A DNA stretch of 64,000 nucleotides from Thermoanaerobaculales bacterium. Lineage in GTDB: Bacteria > Acidobacteriota > Thermoanaerobaculia > Thermoanaerobaculales > Sulfomarinibacteraceae. Location: the NCBI GenBank assembly GCA_035358815.1, contig DAOPQC010000013.1, forward strand, positions 9,999 through 73,998, written 5' to 3'. Position 1 is the stretch's first letter, and every line of letters starts with the position of its first letter. Both the position numbers and the translations under genes were made by a program. Shown one piece after another: positions 47,647 through 59,487 of the stretch. The notes beneath the pieces are model-generated. The model saw only the letters and a program-made list of their open reading frames with translations. It had not been told where the DNA came from and made no database searches.

Positions 47647-48843
47647 CTAACCCGGCTGCGCCGCGACCCGGACCTGGTTCTTGCCCTCGGCCTTGGCCTG
47701 GTACATCGCCTGGTCGGCAGCCCGCAGCAGCAGGTTCTTCTTGAGGTCGATGTTGCCCTCGCGCGACAGGTGGACCGGGTAGACCGCGATGCCCACCGAG
47801 GCGGTGAGCGGCTCCCGCCAGTAGATCGGGCCCTCGGCCCAGGAGAACGAGCCCTGCAGGAACGCCGTGCCCTTGAGGGCCCTCTGGATGGTCCCCGCGA
47901 CCGCCAGCGTGCGCGCGACGTCGTGGTCGGGCAGGATGATCACGAACTCGTCGCCGCCGTAGCGGGCGAGGGTCGCGCCGGTCACCGTGACCGTCTGCCG
48001 GAGCAGGTAACCGAACTCCTTGAGGACCTGGGACCCCGCGAGGTGGCCGTGGGTGTCGTTGACGTTCTTGAAGTTGTCGAGGTCGAGGAAGATCAGGGCG
48101 ACGTTGGAGTGGGTGACGTCGGCGCGGATCAGGTCCTCGGTGAGCCGGTGGTGGAAGAAGCGGTCGTTGTGCAGCCCGGTCAGGTCGTCCCGGCGGGCCA
48201 TCTCGTTGGCGCGCTGGGCGTCGAGCAGGTTCTCGATCGACACCGAGGTGTAGCGGGCGAAGATCTCGAGCAGCTTGAGGTCGCGCTCGGTGTACAGCCG
48301 GTCGACCTGCCGGTTGACCAGCTCGAGCACCCCGCACACCGTGCGCTCGATCCGGATCGGCACCGCGATCGCGCACGAGGTCCGGAACTCGTTGCGCTCA
48401 TCGAAGACCGAGTAGAAGTTGGGGTCGGTCTCGGGATCGTTCATCAGGTAGGACTCGCCGTTCCGATAGACGTAGCCGACCACTCCGCGGTCGGCGCGCA
48501 GGCTCTGGCCGAGGATGTCAGCCGCCGCGTGCCCGAAGGCGGCGACGAAGTAGAGCAGGGTGTCGGCCGGCGTGTCGCCGCGCTCGAACGGGCGGTCCAT
48601 CAGGATCGAGCCCGCGGACGAGGGGACGAAGTCGTTGGCCTTGATCAGGATCTCGGTCAGGAACGAGCTGAACTGGAGCTGGGACAGCGAGAAGACCGAG
48701 TAGCGGCGGCGATCGAGGAAGGGATCGAGATCGTCCGCCGGCAGGCTGAAAACCTCGAGCTTGCCCACCGCGTCAGTGTAACGCGGCCCTCGCCGGCGAG
48801 ACTGTGATCCAGACAACCGGACCGCCGACCGGGGAAGGGGCAT
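47647..48843 (-). CDS. GAF-domain diguanylate cyclase (GGDEF)
   Basis: A GAF-like region (VGYVYRNGESYLMND...VCGVLELVNR) is followed by a GGDEF domain (LTGLHNDRFF, DLDNFKNVND, RYGGDEFVIILPD). The N-terminal start is uncertain. Confidence 0.85.
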   Translation of the reverse strand: MPLPRSAVRLSGSQSRRRGPRYTDAVGKLEVFSLPADDLDPFLDRRRYSVFSLSQLQFSSFLTEILIKANDFVPSSAGSILMDRPFERGDTPADTLLYFVAAFGHAAADILGQSLRADRGVVGYVYRNGESYLMNDPETDPNFYSVFDERNEFRTSCAIAVPIRIERTVCGVLELVNRQVDRLYTERDLKLLEIFARYTSVSIENLLDAQRANEMARRDDLTGLHNDRFFHHRLTEDLIRADVTHSNVALIFLDLDNFKNVNDTHGHLAGSQVLKEFGYLLRQTVTVTGATLARYGGDEFVIILPDHDVARTLAVAGTIQRALKGTAFLQGSFSWAEGPIYWREPLTASVGIAVYPVHLSREGNIDLKKNLLLRAADQAMYQAKAEGKNQVRVAAQPG

Positions 48844-48844
48844 C

Positions 48845-48940
48845 CGGCTTCGCCTTCCGGCTCCGTTCTGCGAACTCCGCCGTCACGAGTCGGCTTCGCC
48901 GTGACAAGCGGGAACGGGGACGGGAACGGGGAGGGGTGCG
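48845..48940. repeat. mosaic intergenic repeat, copy 13 (short: H hairpin plus hexamer array)
   Basis: GTCACGAGTCGGCTTCGCCGTGAC (module H and its inverse) followed by (GGGAAC/GGGGAC)n at ~48908-48936. Confidence 0.75.
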
Positions 48941-48961
48941 GGCTCCCCCGACCGACGCCCG

Positions 48962-50626
48962 TCAGGCGCGCCGCAGCAGCCTCCGCAGCCGCTCCTCGAG
49001 GCCGACGATGGTCTCGGAGTGGTCGGCGCGGCCGGGCGCGAAGCGCACCGCCTCGAGCTCTCGCCGCAGCGCCTCCATCTCCGCCTCCAGCCCGTCGCCG
49101 GCCTTTCGGGACCGGACGTCGATCCACCACCGCTCGAGCGCCACCTGCAGGGAGCGGGCGCGCTCCGCCGGGCTCTCGCCGGACACCCGCGGCGGTATCG
49201 CCGACCGCCGTCGTGCCCTGCCGATCCACCAGACCGCCGCCCCGCCGAGCAGGATGCCGAGCCCGAGCGCTCCGGCTGCAGGCAGCCACCAGGCCGGCGT
49301 GCGAGCGCCCGCCGGGACCGCCGCGCCGGGCTCGGGAGCCGCGGCCGGAGGCTGGGCACCGACTGCCGGCGGCTGCCCGGCCGGCACCGGGGTCGGGGGC
49401 GGCGGGGCCACCACGAGCTCGAGCGGGCCCAGGGTCTGGCGGACGTAGCGGCCGGCTGCCGCATCGAAGACCGCCATCTCCACCGGGCCGAGCTGCAGGC
49501 GGCCCGACTGCCTCGGCACCAGGGTGACCCGCCACGCCCGGCTGCCGTGGATCCCGTCATCGTCCACCGCGACTCGATCGACATTCTCCGGCGGATAGGC
49601 GTCGCACGCGTCACAGGTCGGCCAGCGCGAGGGGGTCTCCACCAGCGGCAGGTTGCCGGTCCCCGCGATCTGCACCGTCACCACCGCCGACTCACCGAAC
49701 GCGATCTCCGCCGGCTCCACCGTCGCCGTGTAGCGGAGGTTGCCGACCGCTCCGCCGTAGCCGGCGGGCGCCGGCGGCCGCTCGGACACCGCGACCCGCA
49801 GCTGAGCGGTCGAGCGCTCCACCACCAGGCCGGGGTCGAGAAAGCCGCGTCCCCGCGCACCGACGCGCGCCTCGACCTCGGGGATCACGAGCTCGCCTGC
49901 GCGCAGCGGGATCAGGGCGTGCCGGCTGACCATGAACCGGTTGAAGCGCACGCCGTCGACCTCCACCGGCTGCGGCGTGACCTGCTCCGGCGGCTCGACG
50001 CGCTGGGTCCACCAGCCCGGGTAGCTGGGAGCGGCGACCCAGGCGAACTCGTCGACCGCGGCGGTGGTGTCGAGGAACACCGTGGCGGTCACCGGCTGGC
50101 CGACGACGGCGCTCGACGGAGTCACGACGTGCCGCAGCGCGACCTTCGCCTCCTGCGCCGGCTGGCGACGGCCGTAGAGGTCCCCGAACGGGTCGACCGG
50201 AAACGGCGAGACGCGGCCGCCCCGCCGCGGCGGCGCAACGCTGCCCGGCGCCACCTCGACGGTCACCGGGCCCGCCGCCAGCTTCCTGTCGCCTGCCGTC
50301 ACCGAGACCGGGCCGACCGACGCCGGGCCCTCGGCCTCGGCGCGGACCACGTAGCTGAAGCTGACCGCGGAGCTGGTGACGCCGTTGACGAAGCTGAACT
50401 CGGAGCCACGCGAGGGGCCCGCCACCACCCGCAGGTTGGTGAGCTCGCCGAGCTCCGGCTCCCCCAGCTCCGACGGCGGCTCGTGGACCCTGATGACCAG
50501 CCGCGCCACGTCCTCGACCCCGAAGCGCTCGGGCTCGAAGCGGACGTCGAGGGTCGGCTCGGCCGCACCGGCCGCGCGGAGCGCGACCGCCGCGAGCAGC
50601 AGCATGAGCCCCAGCCTCCGCATCAC
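48962..50626 (-). CDS. batD: BatD-like protein (aerotolerance operon)
   Basis: 554 aa with a signal peptide, a large beta-rich ectodomain, a Pro-rich linker, a C-terminal TM helix and a cytosolic tail. It is the last gene of the moxR-bat operon and overlaps batB/C by 4 nt. Confidence 0.6.
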   Translation of the reverse strand: MMRRLGLMLLLAAVALRAAGAAEPTLDVRFEPERFGVEDVARLVIRVHEPPSELGEPELGELTNLRVVAGPSRGSEFSFVNGVTSSAVSFSYVVRAEAEGPASVGPVSVTAGDRKLAAGPVTVEVAPGSVAPPRRGGRVSPFPVDPFGDLYGRRQPAQEAKVALRHVVTPSSAVVGQPVTATVFLDTTAAVDEFAWVAAPSYPGWWTQRVEPPEQVTPQPVEVDGVRFNRFMVSRHALIPLRAGELVIPEVEARVGARGRGFLDPGLVVERSTAQLRVAVSERPPAPAGYGGAVGNLRYTATVEPAEIAFGESAVVTVQIAGTGNLPLVETPSRWPTCDACDAYPPENVDRVAVDDDGIHGSRAWRVTLVPRQSGRLQLGPVEMAVFDAAAGRYVRQTLGPLELVVAPPPPTPVPAGQPPAVGAQPPAAAPEPGAAVPAGARTPAWWLPAAGALGLGILLGGAAVWWIGRARRRSAIPPRVSGESPAERARSLQVALERWWIDVRSRKAGDGLEAEMEALRRELEAVRFAPGRADHSETIVGLEERLRRLLRRA

Positions 50627-52332
50627 CAGTCCTTGTCCACGGTCCGCGCCACCGGAGTCGGCGATCGCATCTCCTGGCGGGCCTGCGCCTCGGCGCGCTC
50701 GAGGGCCGAGTAGAGGGCCTCCTGCCCCTGCGGCGTCGGCGTCGGGGCGGCCGCGGCCGGCGCCGGTGCCGGGGTCGGCGTCGGCTGCGGCTGGTCCTGC
50801 TGTTGCTGTTGCTGCTGCTCCTGTTGCTGCTGTTGCTGCTGCTCGAGCAGGCGCAGCGCAAGCTCATAGTTGCGCTTGGCGTCCGCCTGGTCGGAGCCCT
50901 CGAGCAGCGCCGTGCGCAGCCACTCTACGGCTCGCTCTCCGCGGCCGGCGAGCAGGGAGGCGGTGCCGCCGTTGTAGGCCGCGTCCCCGACCCCACCGGC
51001 GTGGGCGCGCTCGAACAGCGGATCGGCGGCCTCGGCCTGGCCCTGTGCCGAGAGCGCGGTCGCGAGATCGTACGCGCGGTCGGATCGACCGGGGGCGAGG
51101 GCCGCCGCGGCCGCGAAGTCGCGCACGGCGGCCTCGGTGTCGCCGGCCCTGTACTCCGCGGCCCCGCTCCTGGCGAGGCGGCGGCTGCCGCCGGGGATCA
51201 GCCGCTGCCACCAGGGCGCTGCCGCCGGCGCCGCCGCTGCTGGCGGCTGCGCCGCGGCGCTCGACGGGGGCGGCTCGCCGCCGGCGGACTGGGCCTCCAG
51301 CGGCGCCGGCAGGCATGCCGCTACGAGCAGGGCGGCCAGCGCCAGCCGCCGCCAGGGCGACAGCGCGAAGCCGGCGGCGAGCAGCAGCGCGGCGGCGGCG
51401 AGGAAGACCGGGAAGCGCTCGACCCGCTGCACCGTCCTGGTCGCCTCGAGCTCGCGGGTCCGCAGCTCCTCGACCGACTGGACAAGGGCGCGCATGACCT
51501 CGCGGTCGCCGAGCTCGATCACCTTGCCGCGGGCGTCGCCGGCGAGCTGGTGCAGCGTCTCGGGCTGCGCCCGGGTCACCACCGGCTGGCCCTCCGCGTC
51601 CCGCTTGTAGTGCACGCCGCCGCCCGGCGACGGCATCGGGATCGGGCCTCCGGAGGAGGTGCCGGCCACGATGCCGAGCACCCCGACCCCGGCCCTGCGC
51701 AGCGCGTCGGCAGCCGAGGCGACGCTGCCCTGCAGGTTCTCGCCGTCGGTGATCAGCACCACGACCCGGCCGTCACCCTCGGGCGGAAGGAGGCGCAGGG
51801 CGGCGTTCACCGCACCCTCGATGTTCGAGCCGGGCAGGGCCACCATCCCGGGCTGGACGCCCTCGAGGAAGGCCGCCACCGCGCCGAGATCCGTGGTCAG
51901 CGGCACCAGCGGGTAGGCCTCGCCGGCGAACACCACGACCCCGAGCCGGTTGCCCTCGAGCGCCGGCAGCGCCCGGGTCAGCATCTCGAGCGAGCGGGCG
52001 AGGCGGGTCGGCCGCAGGTCGGGGCAGAGCATGGAGTCGGAGACGTCGATCGTGACCACCAGATCACGGGTCCGCACCGACTCCTCGCCCGGGAGCTCGC
52101 CCCACTGCGGCCGCGCCAGCGCGATCACGATGAGGGCTCCGGCGCCGGCCCAGGCCAGCATCCGGAGCAAGCCGGTCGCGGGCGCGCCTCCCATCACCCG
52201 CTTCCACACCGCAGGCGACGCGAGCCGGCGCTGCTGGTGCAGGCGGCTGCGGTGCCGGAGCACCGCCGCCAGCGCCGCCGACGCCGGCAGCAGCAGCGCC
52301 CACAGCATGGCCGGCTCGGCGAGGCTCACCAC
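50623..52332 (-). CDS. batB: fused BatB (VWA) / BatC (TPR) protein with poly-Gln and Pro/Thr/Ala tail
   Basis: Two N-terminal TM helices, then a VWA domain (VVTIDVSDSM MIDAS motif), a further TM helix and TPR-like helices. The tail is EQQQQQQQEQQQQQQQDQPQPTPTPAPAP. The start is GTG 52332 or 52329, or ATG 52308. The rest of listed ORF 50623..53427 is out-of-frame overlap with batA. Confidence 0.65.
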   Translation of the reverse strand: MVSLAEPAMLWALLLPASAALAAVLRHRSRLHQQRRLASPAVWKRVMGGAPATGLLRMLAWAGAGALIVIALARPQWGELPGEESVRTRDLVVTIDVSDSMLCPDLRPTRLARSLEMLTRALPALEGNRLGVVVFAGEAYPLVPLTTDLGAVAAFLEGVQPGMVALPGSNIEGAVNAALRLLPPEGDGRVVVLITDGENLQGSVASAADALRRAGVGVLGIVAGTSSGGPIPMPSPGGGVHYKRDAEGQPVVTRAQPETLHQLAGDARGKVIELGDREVMRALVQSVEELRTRELEATRTVQRVERFPVFLAAAALLLAAGFALSPWRRLALAALLVAACLPAPLEAQSAGGEPPPSSAAAQPPAAAAPAAAPWWQRLIPGGSRRLARSGAAEYRAGDTEAAVRDFAAAAALAPGRSDRAYDLATALSAQGQAEAADPLFERAHAGGVGDAAYNGGTASLLAGRGERAVEWLRTALLEGSDQADAKRNYELALRLLEQQQQQQQEQQQQQQQDQPQPTPTPAPAPAAAAPTPTPQGQEALYSALERAEAQARQEMRSPTPVARTVDKDW

Positions 52333-53324
52333 AGCGTCCTCCCGGCGACCGCCTCGACCAGGACCCCGCCGACCATCAGCAGGAGGGCCGCGAGCGCCCA
52401 CGGCTCGAATCGCTCCCGGTAGCGCACCAGGCGGGTCGAGGTGAACTCCGTCTTCTCGAGAGCGTCGATCTGCCGGAACACCTCCAGCAGCGCCTGGGGG
52501 TCCTGGGCCCGAAAGGAGCTGCCGCCGGTCTTCCGCGAGATCTCGGCCAGCAGCTCGGGGTTGACGTCGACCTCGACCTCGACCACCCGCTGCCGGGTGC
52601 GGCCGGTCCGCGGGTCCTGCTCGCGCACCGGGATCGGCACCCTCCCGCCGCGGCCGACCAGCACCGTGTGGACCACGATGTCCTGCTCCGACGCCAGGTC
52701 GGCGGCGGTCAACGGGTCGAGCTGCCCGGTGTTGTTGGAGCCGTCGGTGACCAGCACCACCACCTTGGACGAGGCCTCCGAGGCCCGCAGCCGGTTGACG
52801 CTGGTCCCCAGGCCGAGCCCGATCGCGGTGCCGTCGGGCAGGGTCTCGAGCGCGACCTGGTCGAGCAGCTGCTGGACCACGTCGTGGTCGAGCGTCAGCG
52901 GGCACAGGGTCACCGCCGCGCCGGCGAAGACGACGAGCCCGATGCGGTCGTTGACGCGCTGGGCGATGAAGCTGCCGATGACGTCCTTGGCCACGCCGAG
53001 GCGGTCGCTCGGCTGGAAGTCGAGCGCCGCCATCGACCCGGAGACGTCGAGGGCGATCACCAGATCGACGCCCTCGGCGTGCTCGAGCCGACGCGACAGC
53101 ACCTCCTGCGGGCGTGCCAGCGCCACCGCCAGCGGCAGCAGCGAGGCGGCCACCACCACCCCGGCGAGCGTCGACCTGCTGATCCCCCACGACCGGGCGC
53201 GCGGCAGGCGGCCGGCGTCGGGAAACGGGAACCGCTGCCAGCGCCGCCGCAACAGCCAGAGGGCCAGCAGGAGAAGGGCGAGCGCGATCAGCGCCAGCCA
53301 CCACGGGGCCGCCAGCCGCATCAC
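52326..53324 (-). CDS. batA: BatA-like VWA-domain membrane protein
   Basis: 332 aa with an N-terminal TM pair (PWWLALIALALLLLALWLL) and VWA MIDAS motif (LVIALDVSGSM). Confidence 0.75.
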   Translation of the reverse strand: MMRLAAPWWLALIALALLLLALWLLRRRWQRFPFPDAGRLPRARSWGISRSTLAGVVVAASLLPLAVALARPQEVLSRRLEHAEGVDLVIALDVSGSMAALDFQPSDRLGVAKDVIGSFIAQRVNDRIGLVVFAGAAVTLCPLTLDHDVVQQLLDQVALETLPDGTAIGLGLGTSVNRLRASEASSKVVVLVTDGSNNTGQLDPLTAADLASEQDIVVHTVLVGRGGRVPIPVREQDPRTGRTRQRVVEVEVDVNPELLAEISRKTGGSSFRAQDPQALLEVFRQIDALEKTEFTSTRLVRYRERFEPWALAALLLMVGGVLVEAVAGRTLW

Positions 53325-54284
53325 GAGGCGGCCTCCATCGGCAGCTCAGCCGGCTCGAGGTGCAGCTCGAGGCCGCGCGCGCTGTCGACCGCGGTCGAGA
53401 TCGCCTGCCGCAGCTCGCCCTCGCCAACCCCGCAGCGGCCGAAGCGCACGGAGTCGACCACCTTCGTCACCCGGTGAAGGCCGCGCTGCACCGCCTCCGG
53501 CCAGCCCCGCCGGCGCGCGAGCATCCGCAGCTCGAACGAGGTCATCTCCAGGGCCGGCTCGCCGGTCCGGCGCTCCAGGTAACGGCGCAGCCCGGCGGCG
53601 AGCCGGTCGCAGACCAGCTCGGGCTGCGATCCGGGCAGCCCCGACTCGAGCGCCCGCGCCAGCTCCTCGAGCTGCGCCAGCGGCGGCAGGGAGGCGCCGG
53701 CCTCCTCCGGAACCGCGCGGCGCCGCCGGCGCAGCCACCAGTGCTGGGCCGCCAGCGCCGGGACCAGCACGATCAGGATCGGCGCCAGCCACTCCCACGG
53801 CAGCCCATGGACCCCGATCGGGCTCCGCAGCGGCGACGGCTCCGCCTCCTCCCCCTGCGGCAGCACCGAGGCCACCTCGAGGGAATGGGTCTCACCCGGC
53901 TTCACCGCGCGCGGCTCGCCGTCTGGCGGCCGCACCGACGCCCGCATCTCGGGCAGCGGGATCGCGCCGGTCTTCATCGGGGCGAGGGTCAGCTGCCAGG
54001 CCGGCGGGCGGGCGCCCGCCACCTCGTGCGGGCCGTCGATCACCGCCCACGGCCCGTCGGCGGTCACCTGCACCGCGAGCTCGCCCCACAGCCAGCCCTC
54101 GCCGCCGCGCGCCTGGACGCGCACCGGCACCCGATCGCCGACCGTCGCCGGGCCGCGGGGGGCGGACACCTCGAGCGTCGGCTCGGCGGCGAGCGCGCTC
54201 ACGGCCACCAGGGCCAGCGCTGCGGCCACCCGCCCGGCCTGCGTTCGGCCGGGCCCGCCGAACGGGCCGGTGCGGCGCGAGCTC

Positions 54285-54295
<11 letters not shown>
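53321..54295 (-). CDS. hypothetical membrane protein of the moxR-bat operon (occupies the DUF4381 position)
   Basis: 324 aa with a signal peptide, a beta-rich domain, one TM helix (WLAPILIVLVPALAAQHWWL) and a helical tail. It sits between the DUF58 gene and batA. Confidence 0.5.
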
Positions 54296-56152
<1,857 letters not shown>

Positions 56153-56321
56153 GACCTCTCCTTCGCGCCAGCTGGCACAGGGATTGTCGCAGGCAAGGAT
56201 CGCGCCCGCAATCCGCCCGGCCGCACCGGCCCGCCCGACGTCGAATCGGCCGACGCGGCGTCAGATCGGCGCGCCGCGGCCGGGCCGGCGCGCCGCCGGA
56301 CCGCCCCGCCCCCACGCTACA

Positions 56322-58271
56322 ATGGTCGCGATGCCCGCCAGCCGCATCGGCCGCTACGAGATCGTCAAGCCGCTCGGCCGCGGTGCGATGGGCGTCGTCT
56401 ACCTGGCGCGCGACCCGATCATCGACCGCAGGGTGGCGCTCAAGACGCTGCGGGTCGACCTCGACGACGACGTGGCCGGGGAGTTCCGCGAGCGGTTCCT
56501 GCGCGAGGCCCGGGCGGCGGGCCGGATCAACCACGCCGGCATCGTCACCATCCACGACGTGGGCGAGGACCCCGAGTCCGGCCTGGTGTTCATCGCCATG
56601 GAGTACATCGAGGGCATGGACCTCCGGCAGCTGATGTCCTCCGGCTACCGCTTCCGCCCTTCCGAGGCGGCGCGCATCGCCGCCGACGTCGCGCGGGCGC
56701 TCGACTACGCCCACTCGATGGGCGTGGTCCACCGCGACATCAAGCCGGCGAACATCATCCTGACCCGCGACGGCACCGCGAAGATCACCGACTTCGGCAT
56801 CGCCCGCGTGGAGTCCTCCAACCTGACCACCGAGGGCCAGTTCATCGGCACCCCCAACTTCATGGCGCCGGAGCAGATCACCGGCAAGCCGGTGGACGGC
56901 CGCGCCGACATCTTCTCGCTCGGGGTGGTGCTCTTCAACCTGCTCACCGGGCAGCGCCCGTTCCCCGGCGACACCCTGCACGAGGTGACGCTGAAGGTGG
57001 TCGGTGAGCCGAGCCCGATCCCCTCGGTCGTGGCGCCGCATCTGCCCTCGGCCTTCAACCCGATCATCCTCAAGTGCCTCGAGAAGGACCCCGACCGCCG
57101 GTTCCAGACCGCTGCCGAGCTGGCCAACGTGCTGGCGGCGCTGGCCCGCTCGCTCACCGACCGCGAGCCGGACGACGTCGCAGCGACCGGGGTCTTCCAG
57201 CCTGACCTGGCGACCGTGATCGACCGGACGACCGGCGAACCGGCGCAGCCCACCGGTCTGCGGGCGCTGCTGCGCGACATCACGGCGCCGCGAAGGCCGG
57301 CGACGAAGGCCGCCGGGCCGACGGTGTGGGACCGGCTCCACCTGCCGGAGTTCATGACCTGGGAGATCAACCCGCGGTGGGTCCGCATCCTGCTCGCCGG
57401 CTGGGCGATCCTGTGGGCGGGCTGGATCGCCGCGCTCGCGCTGCAGCGGCCGGCTGCACCGGACCCGGCCCCCCGGGACGCGATCATCCGCAGCCGCCAC
57501 GACACCGCCCGGCTCCTGATCGAGGCCCGGCGCCGGCTGCACCGCGGCGACGCCCGGGGCGCCGAGGCCGCCGCCGCGGCCGCCCTCGACCAGGTGCCGG
57601 CATCGGCCGGGGCGCGCACGCTGCTGGCGCGGTCGCGGCTCGCGGTCGAGCAGGTGCGCCTCGGAGAGGCGGCCAGGGAGTCGGTGGCCCGCCTGGTCGC
57701 GGAGGGCCGGGAGTCGTACCGGGAGCGGCAGTACGCGACCGCGGCCGAGCGCTTCGAGCAGGCCCTCGCGATCGACCCCACCAACGAGGTCGCGGCGAGC
57801 TACCTGGAGCTCGCGCGGGAGCGCCGGCAGGGGCGGGCCGCGGCGGCGCGGGCCGTGGCGCGCCCGGCACCGACGCCCCCGGTCGCGGCGGCGGCGCCCG
57901 CCGGCGAGCCCGAGCAGGTCGCGCCGGTGCCCGGCAACGCCCGCATCACGATCGCGTTCAACTCCCCGATCGCGAGCGGCGGGATCCTGGTGACGGTGGA
58001 CGGCGCGACGCTGGCGGAGATCCCGTTCGACTTCACGACCAAGGGACTGTTCGGGGCCCGCCGCGGCGGCACCGGCGCCGTCAAGCGCGTCGTCCTGGTT
58101 CCATCCGGCCGGCACTCGATCACGGCGGCCCTGCGCGACGGCGAGGGCGCGCTTCGGGGGTCCCAGACCTTCGACCGCGAGCTGCCGGCGAACAGCGACT
58201 GGACGCTGCGCTTCGACCTGCCGTCCAAGGACGCTACCGCCACGGTGTTCCTGGTCCGGGTCAGCGGCTGA
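56322..58271 (+). CDS. Ser/Thr protein kinase with TM helix and TPR-like / beta-rich extracytoplasmic region
   Basis: Hanks motifs GRGAMGVVY, VALK, HRDIKPANI, DFG and APE. One TM helix (VRILLAGWAILWAGWIAALAL). The start is ATG 56322 or 56331. Confidence 0.9.
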   Translation: MVAMPASRIGRYEIVKPLGRGAMGVVYLARDPIIDRRVALKTLRVDLDDDVAGEFRERFLREARAAGRINHAGIVTIHDVGEDPESGLVFIAMEYIEGMDLRQLMSSGYRFRPSEAARIAADVARALDYAHSMGVVHRDIKPANIILTRDGTAKITDFGIARVESSNLTTEGQFIGTPNFMAPEQITGKPVDGRADIFSLGVVLFNLLTGQRPFPGDTLHEVTLKVVGEPSPIPSVVAPHLPSAFNPIILKCLEKDPDRRFQTAAELANVLAALARSLTDREPDDVAATGVFQPDLATVIDRTTGEPAQPTGLRALLRDITAPRRPATKAAGPTVWDRLHLPEFMTWEINPRWVRILLAGWAILWAGWIAALALQRPAAPDPAPRDAIIRSRHDTARLLIEARRRLHRGDARGAEAAAAAALDQVPASAGARTLLARSRLAVEQVRLGEAARESVARLVAEGRESYRERQYATAAERFEQALAIDPTNEVAASYLELARERRQGRAAAARAVARPAPTPPVAAAAPAGEPEQVAPVPGNARITIAFNSPIASGGILVTVDGATLAEIPFDFTTKGLFGARRGGTGAVKRVVLVPSGRHSITAALRDGEGALRGSQTFDRELPANSDWTLRFDLPSKDATATVFLVRVSG

Positions 58272-58279
58272 CGGATGCC

Positions 58280-59131
58280 ATGAGCCTGCGCACCCTGGCA
58301 CTCGACACCTCGTGGGGCGCGCTGACGATCGCGGGCGGCTCCCGCGCCGGCGAGGGCACGCTCGTCCTGCTGCCCCAGTTGCGGCTCGCCCTCGAGGGCG
58401 GGCGCCCGCACCGGGCGCTGGCGCCGATGAGCACGCTGCTGGTCAGCCACGGCCACATGGACCACATCGGCGGCCTCGGCTACTGGGCCAGCCAGCGCTA
58501 CCTCAACTCGATGGGACCGGGCACCGTCATCGCCCCGGCCGAGATCGCGGGCCAGCTGCAGGCCCTGCTCGAGACCCTGGCCCGGCTCGAGGGGGGCCGG
58601 CCCTACGGCGTCGACGTCGTCGCGGTGGCCGCCGGCGACCGCCGGGGCGTGCGCCCCGACATCGAGCTCGGCTTCTTCGCCACCGACCACTGGGTGCCGA
58701 CGTTGGGCTGTCGCGTCACCTGGCGCACGCAGCGCCTGCTGGCGGAGCTCAGCGGCCTGGCCGGGGACGAGATCGCGCGCCGCCGGCGCGCCGGGCTGCC
58801 GGTCACCGACGAGCGCCGGGTCGACCTGCTGGCCTACTGTGCCGACAGCGGGCCCGGCCTGTTCCGGAGCGCCCCCGAGGTGCTCGCCGCCGAGGTCCTG
58901 CTGGTGGAGTGCTCGTTCTTCCGGCCGGCCGACCGCGAGCGGGCCGTCCGCTTCGGCCACATGCATCTCGAGGACCTGCTCGCGGTGGCCGGGCACCTGC
59001 AATGCCGCCACCTGGTGCTGCTGCACGCCTCGCGGCGTCAGCGGCTGCGCGAGGTGGAGCGCTTCCTCGACGAGCAGCTGCGGCCGCAGCTGCCGTGCGC
59101 CCTGCACCATCTGGTGGTGGACTGGGAGTGA
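58280..59131 (+). CDS. MBL-fold metallo-hydrolase (RNase Z/ElaC-like)
   Basis: HGHMDH motif. 283 aa. ATG 58280 lies 9 nt after the kinase stop. Confidence 0.7.
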   Translation: MSLRTLALDTSWGALTIAGGSRAGEGTLVLLPQLRLALEGGRPHRALAPMSTLLVSHGHMDHIGGLGYWASQRYLNSMGPGTVIAPAEIAGQLQALLETLARLEGGRPYGVDVVAVAAGDRRGVRPDIELGFFATDHWVPTLGCRVTWRTQRLLAELSGLAGDEIARRRRAGLPVTDERRVDLLAYCADSGPGLFRSAPEVLAAEVLLVECSFFRPADRERAVRFGHMHLEDLLAVAGHLQCRHLVLLHASRRQRLREVERFLDEQLRPQLPCALHHLVVDWE

Positions 59132-59145
59132 GGTCGCAGACAGCA

Positions 59146-59487
59146 GGATCCAGGGGCTAGGATCTGGGATCTACGGGATAGGGGTCACCCGTCCCCGTTC
59201 CCGTTCCCGTTCCCGAGCCACTCCGCTTCCGCATCGGCTTCCGCGCCCGTCCCCGCTCGCTCGCTCCGTCCTCGAGTTCGCTTCGCGCCGATGCTCTGGA
59301 AGCGCTCCCCGTGGGTGCCACCGCTGACACTTTTGGGGTCCCCGCGCGGTGTGTGCAACCCGGAGAGACGCGGCCCCGAACGTGTCACCAGTGGCACGCC
59401 CGCAGGACGCGATCTGCTTGTGCTCGCCTCGCCTTGCGGAAGCGGGCGGGCGGGGGCGCTATCCCCTATCCCCCAGATCCTAGATCC
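59146..59487 (+). repeat. mosaic intergenic repeat, copy 14 (complete A-C-B-D-E-F-G-B'-A')
   Basis: A at 59146-59184; C at 59188-59215; B-like at 59222-59250; D at 59266-59314; hairpin core at 59315-59397; F at 59398-59411; G (CTTGTGCTCGCCTCG); B' (GCGGAAGCGGGCGGGCGG); A' at 59459-59487 (CTATCCCCTATCCCCCAGATCCTAGATCC). The M16 TAG stop (59480-59482) lies inside A'. Confidence 0.9.

Noticed and set aside
50623-53427. A single 934-aa protein as listed in the ORF track.
   Set aside because: The N-terminal ~365 residues are Arg/Pro/Gly-rich and overlap the well-supported batA gene (52326..53324) in another frame. A BatB-type N-terminus (VSLAEPAMLWALLLP) begins right at the batA stop.
56173-56188. 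TGGCACAGGGATTGTC upstream of the Ser/Thr kinase as a sigma54 promoter.
   Set aside because: The -24 element is perfect, but the -12 element is TTGT instead of TTGC, so the conserved GC is missing. A single occurrence cannot be separated from chance without a genome-wide PWM scan.
56318-56333. TACAAT box (56318-56323) 7 nt before the second in-frame ATG (56331) of the kinase, suggesting a leaderless mRNA.
   Set aside because: No acceptable -35 lies at 16-18 nt upstream (it reads GCCGGA), and the first ATG (56322) overlaps the box itself. This is too speculative without transcription-start data.
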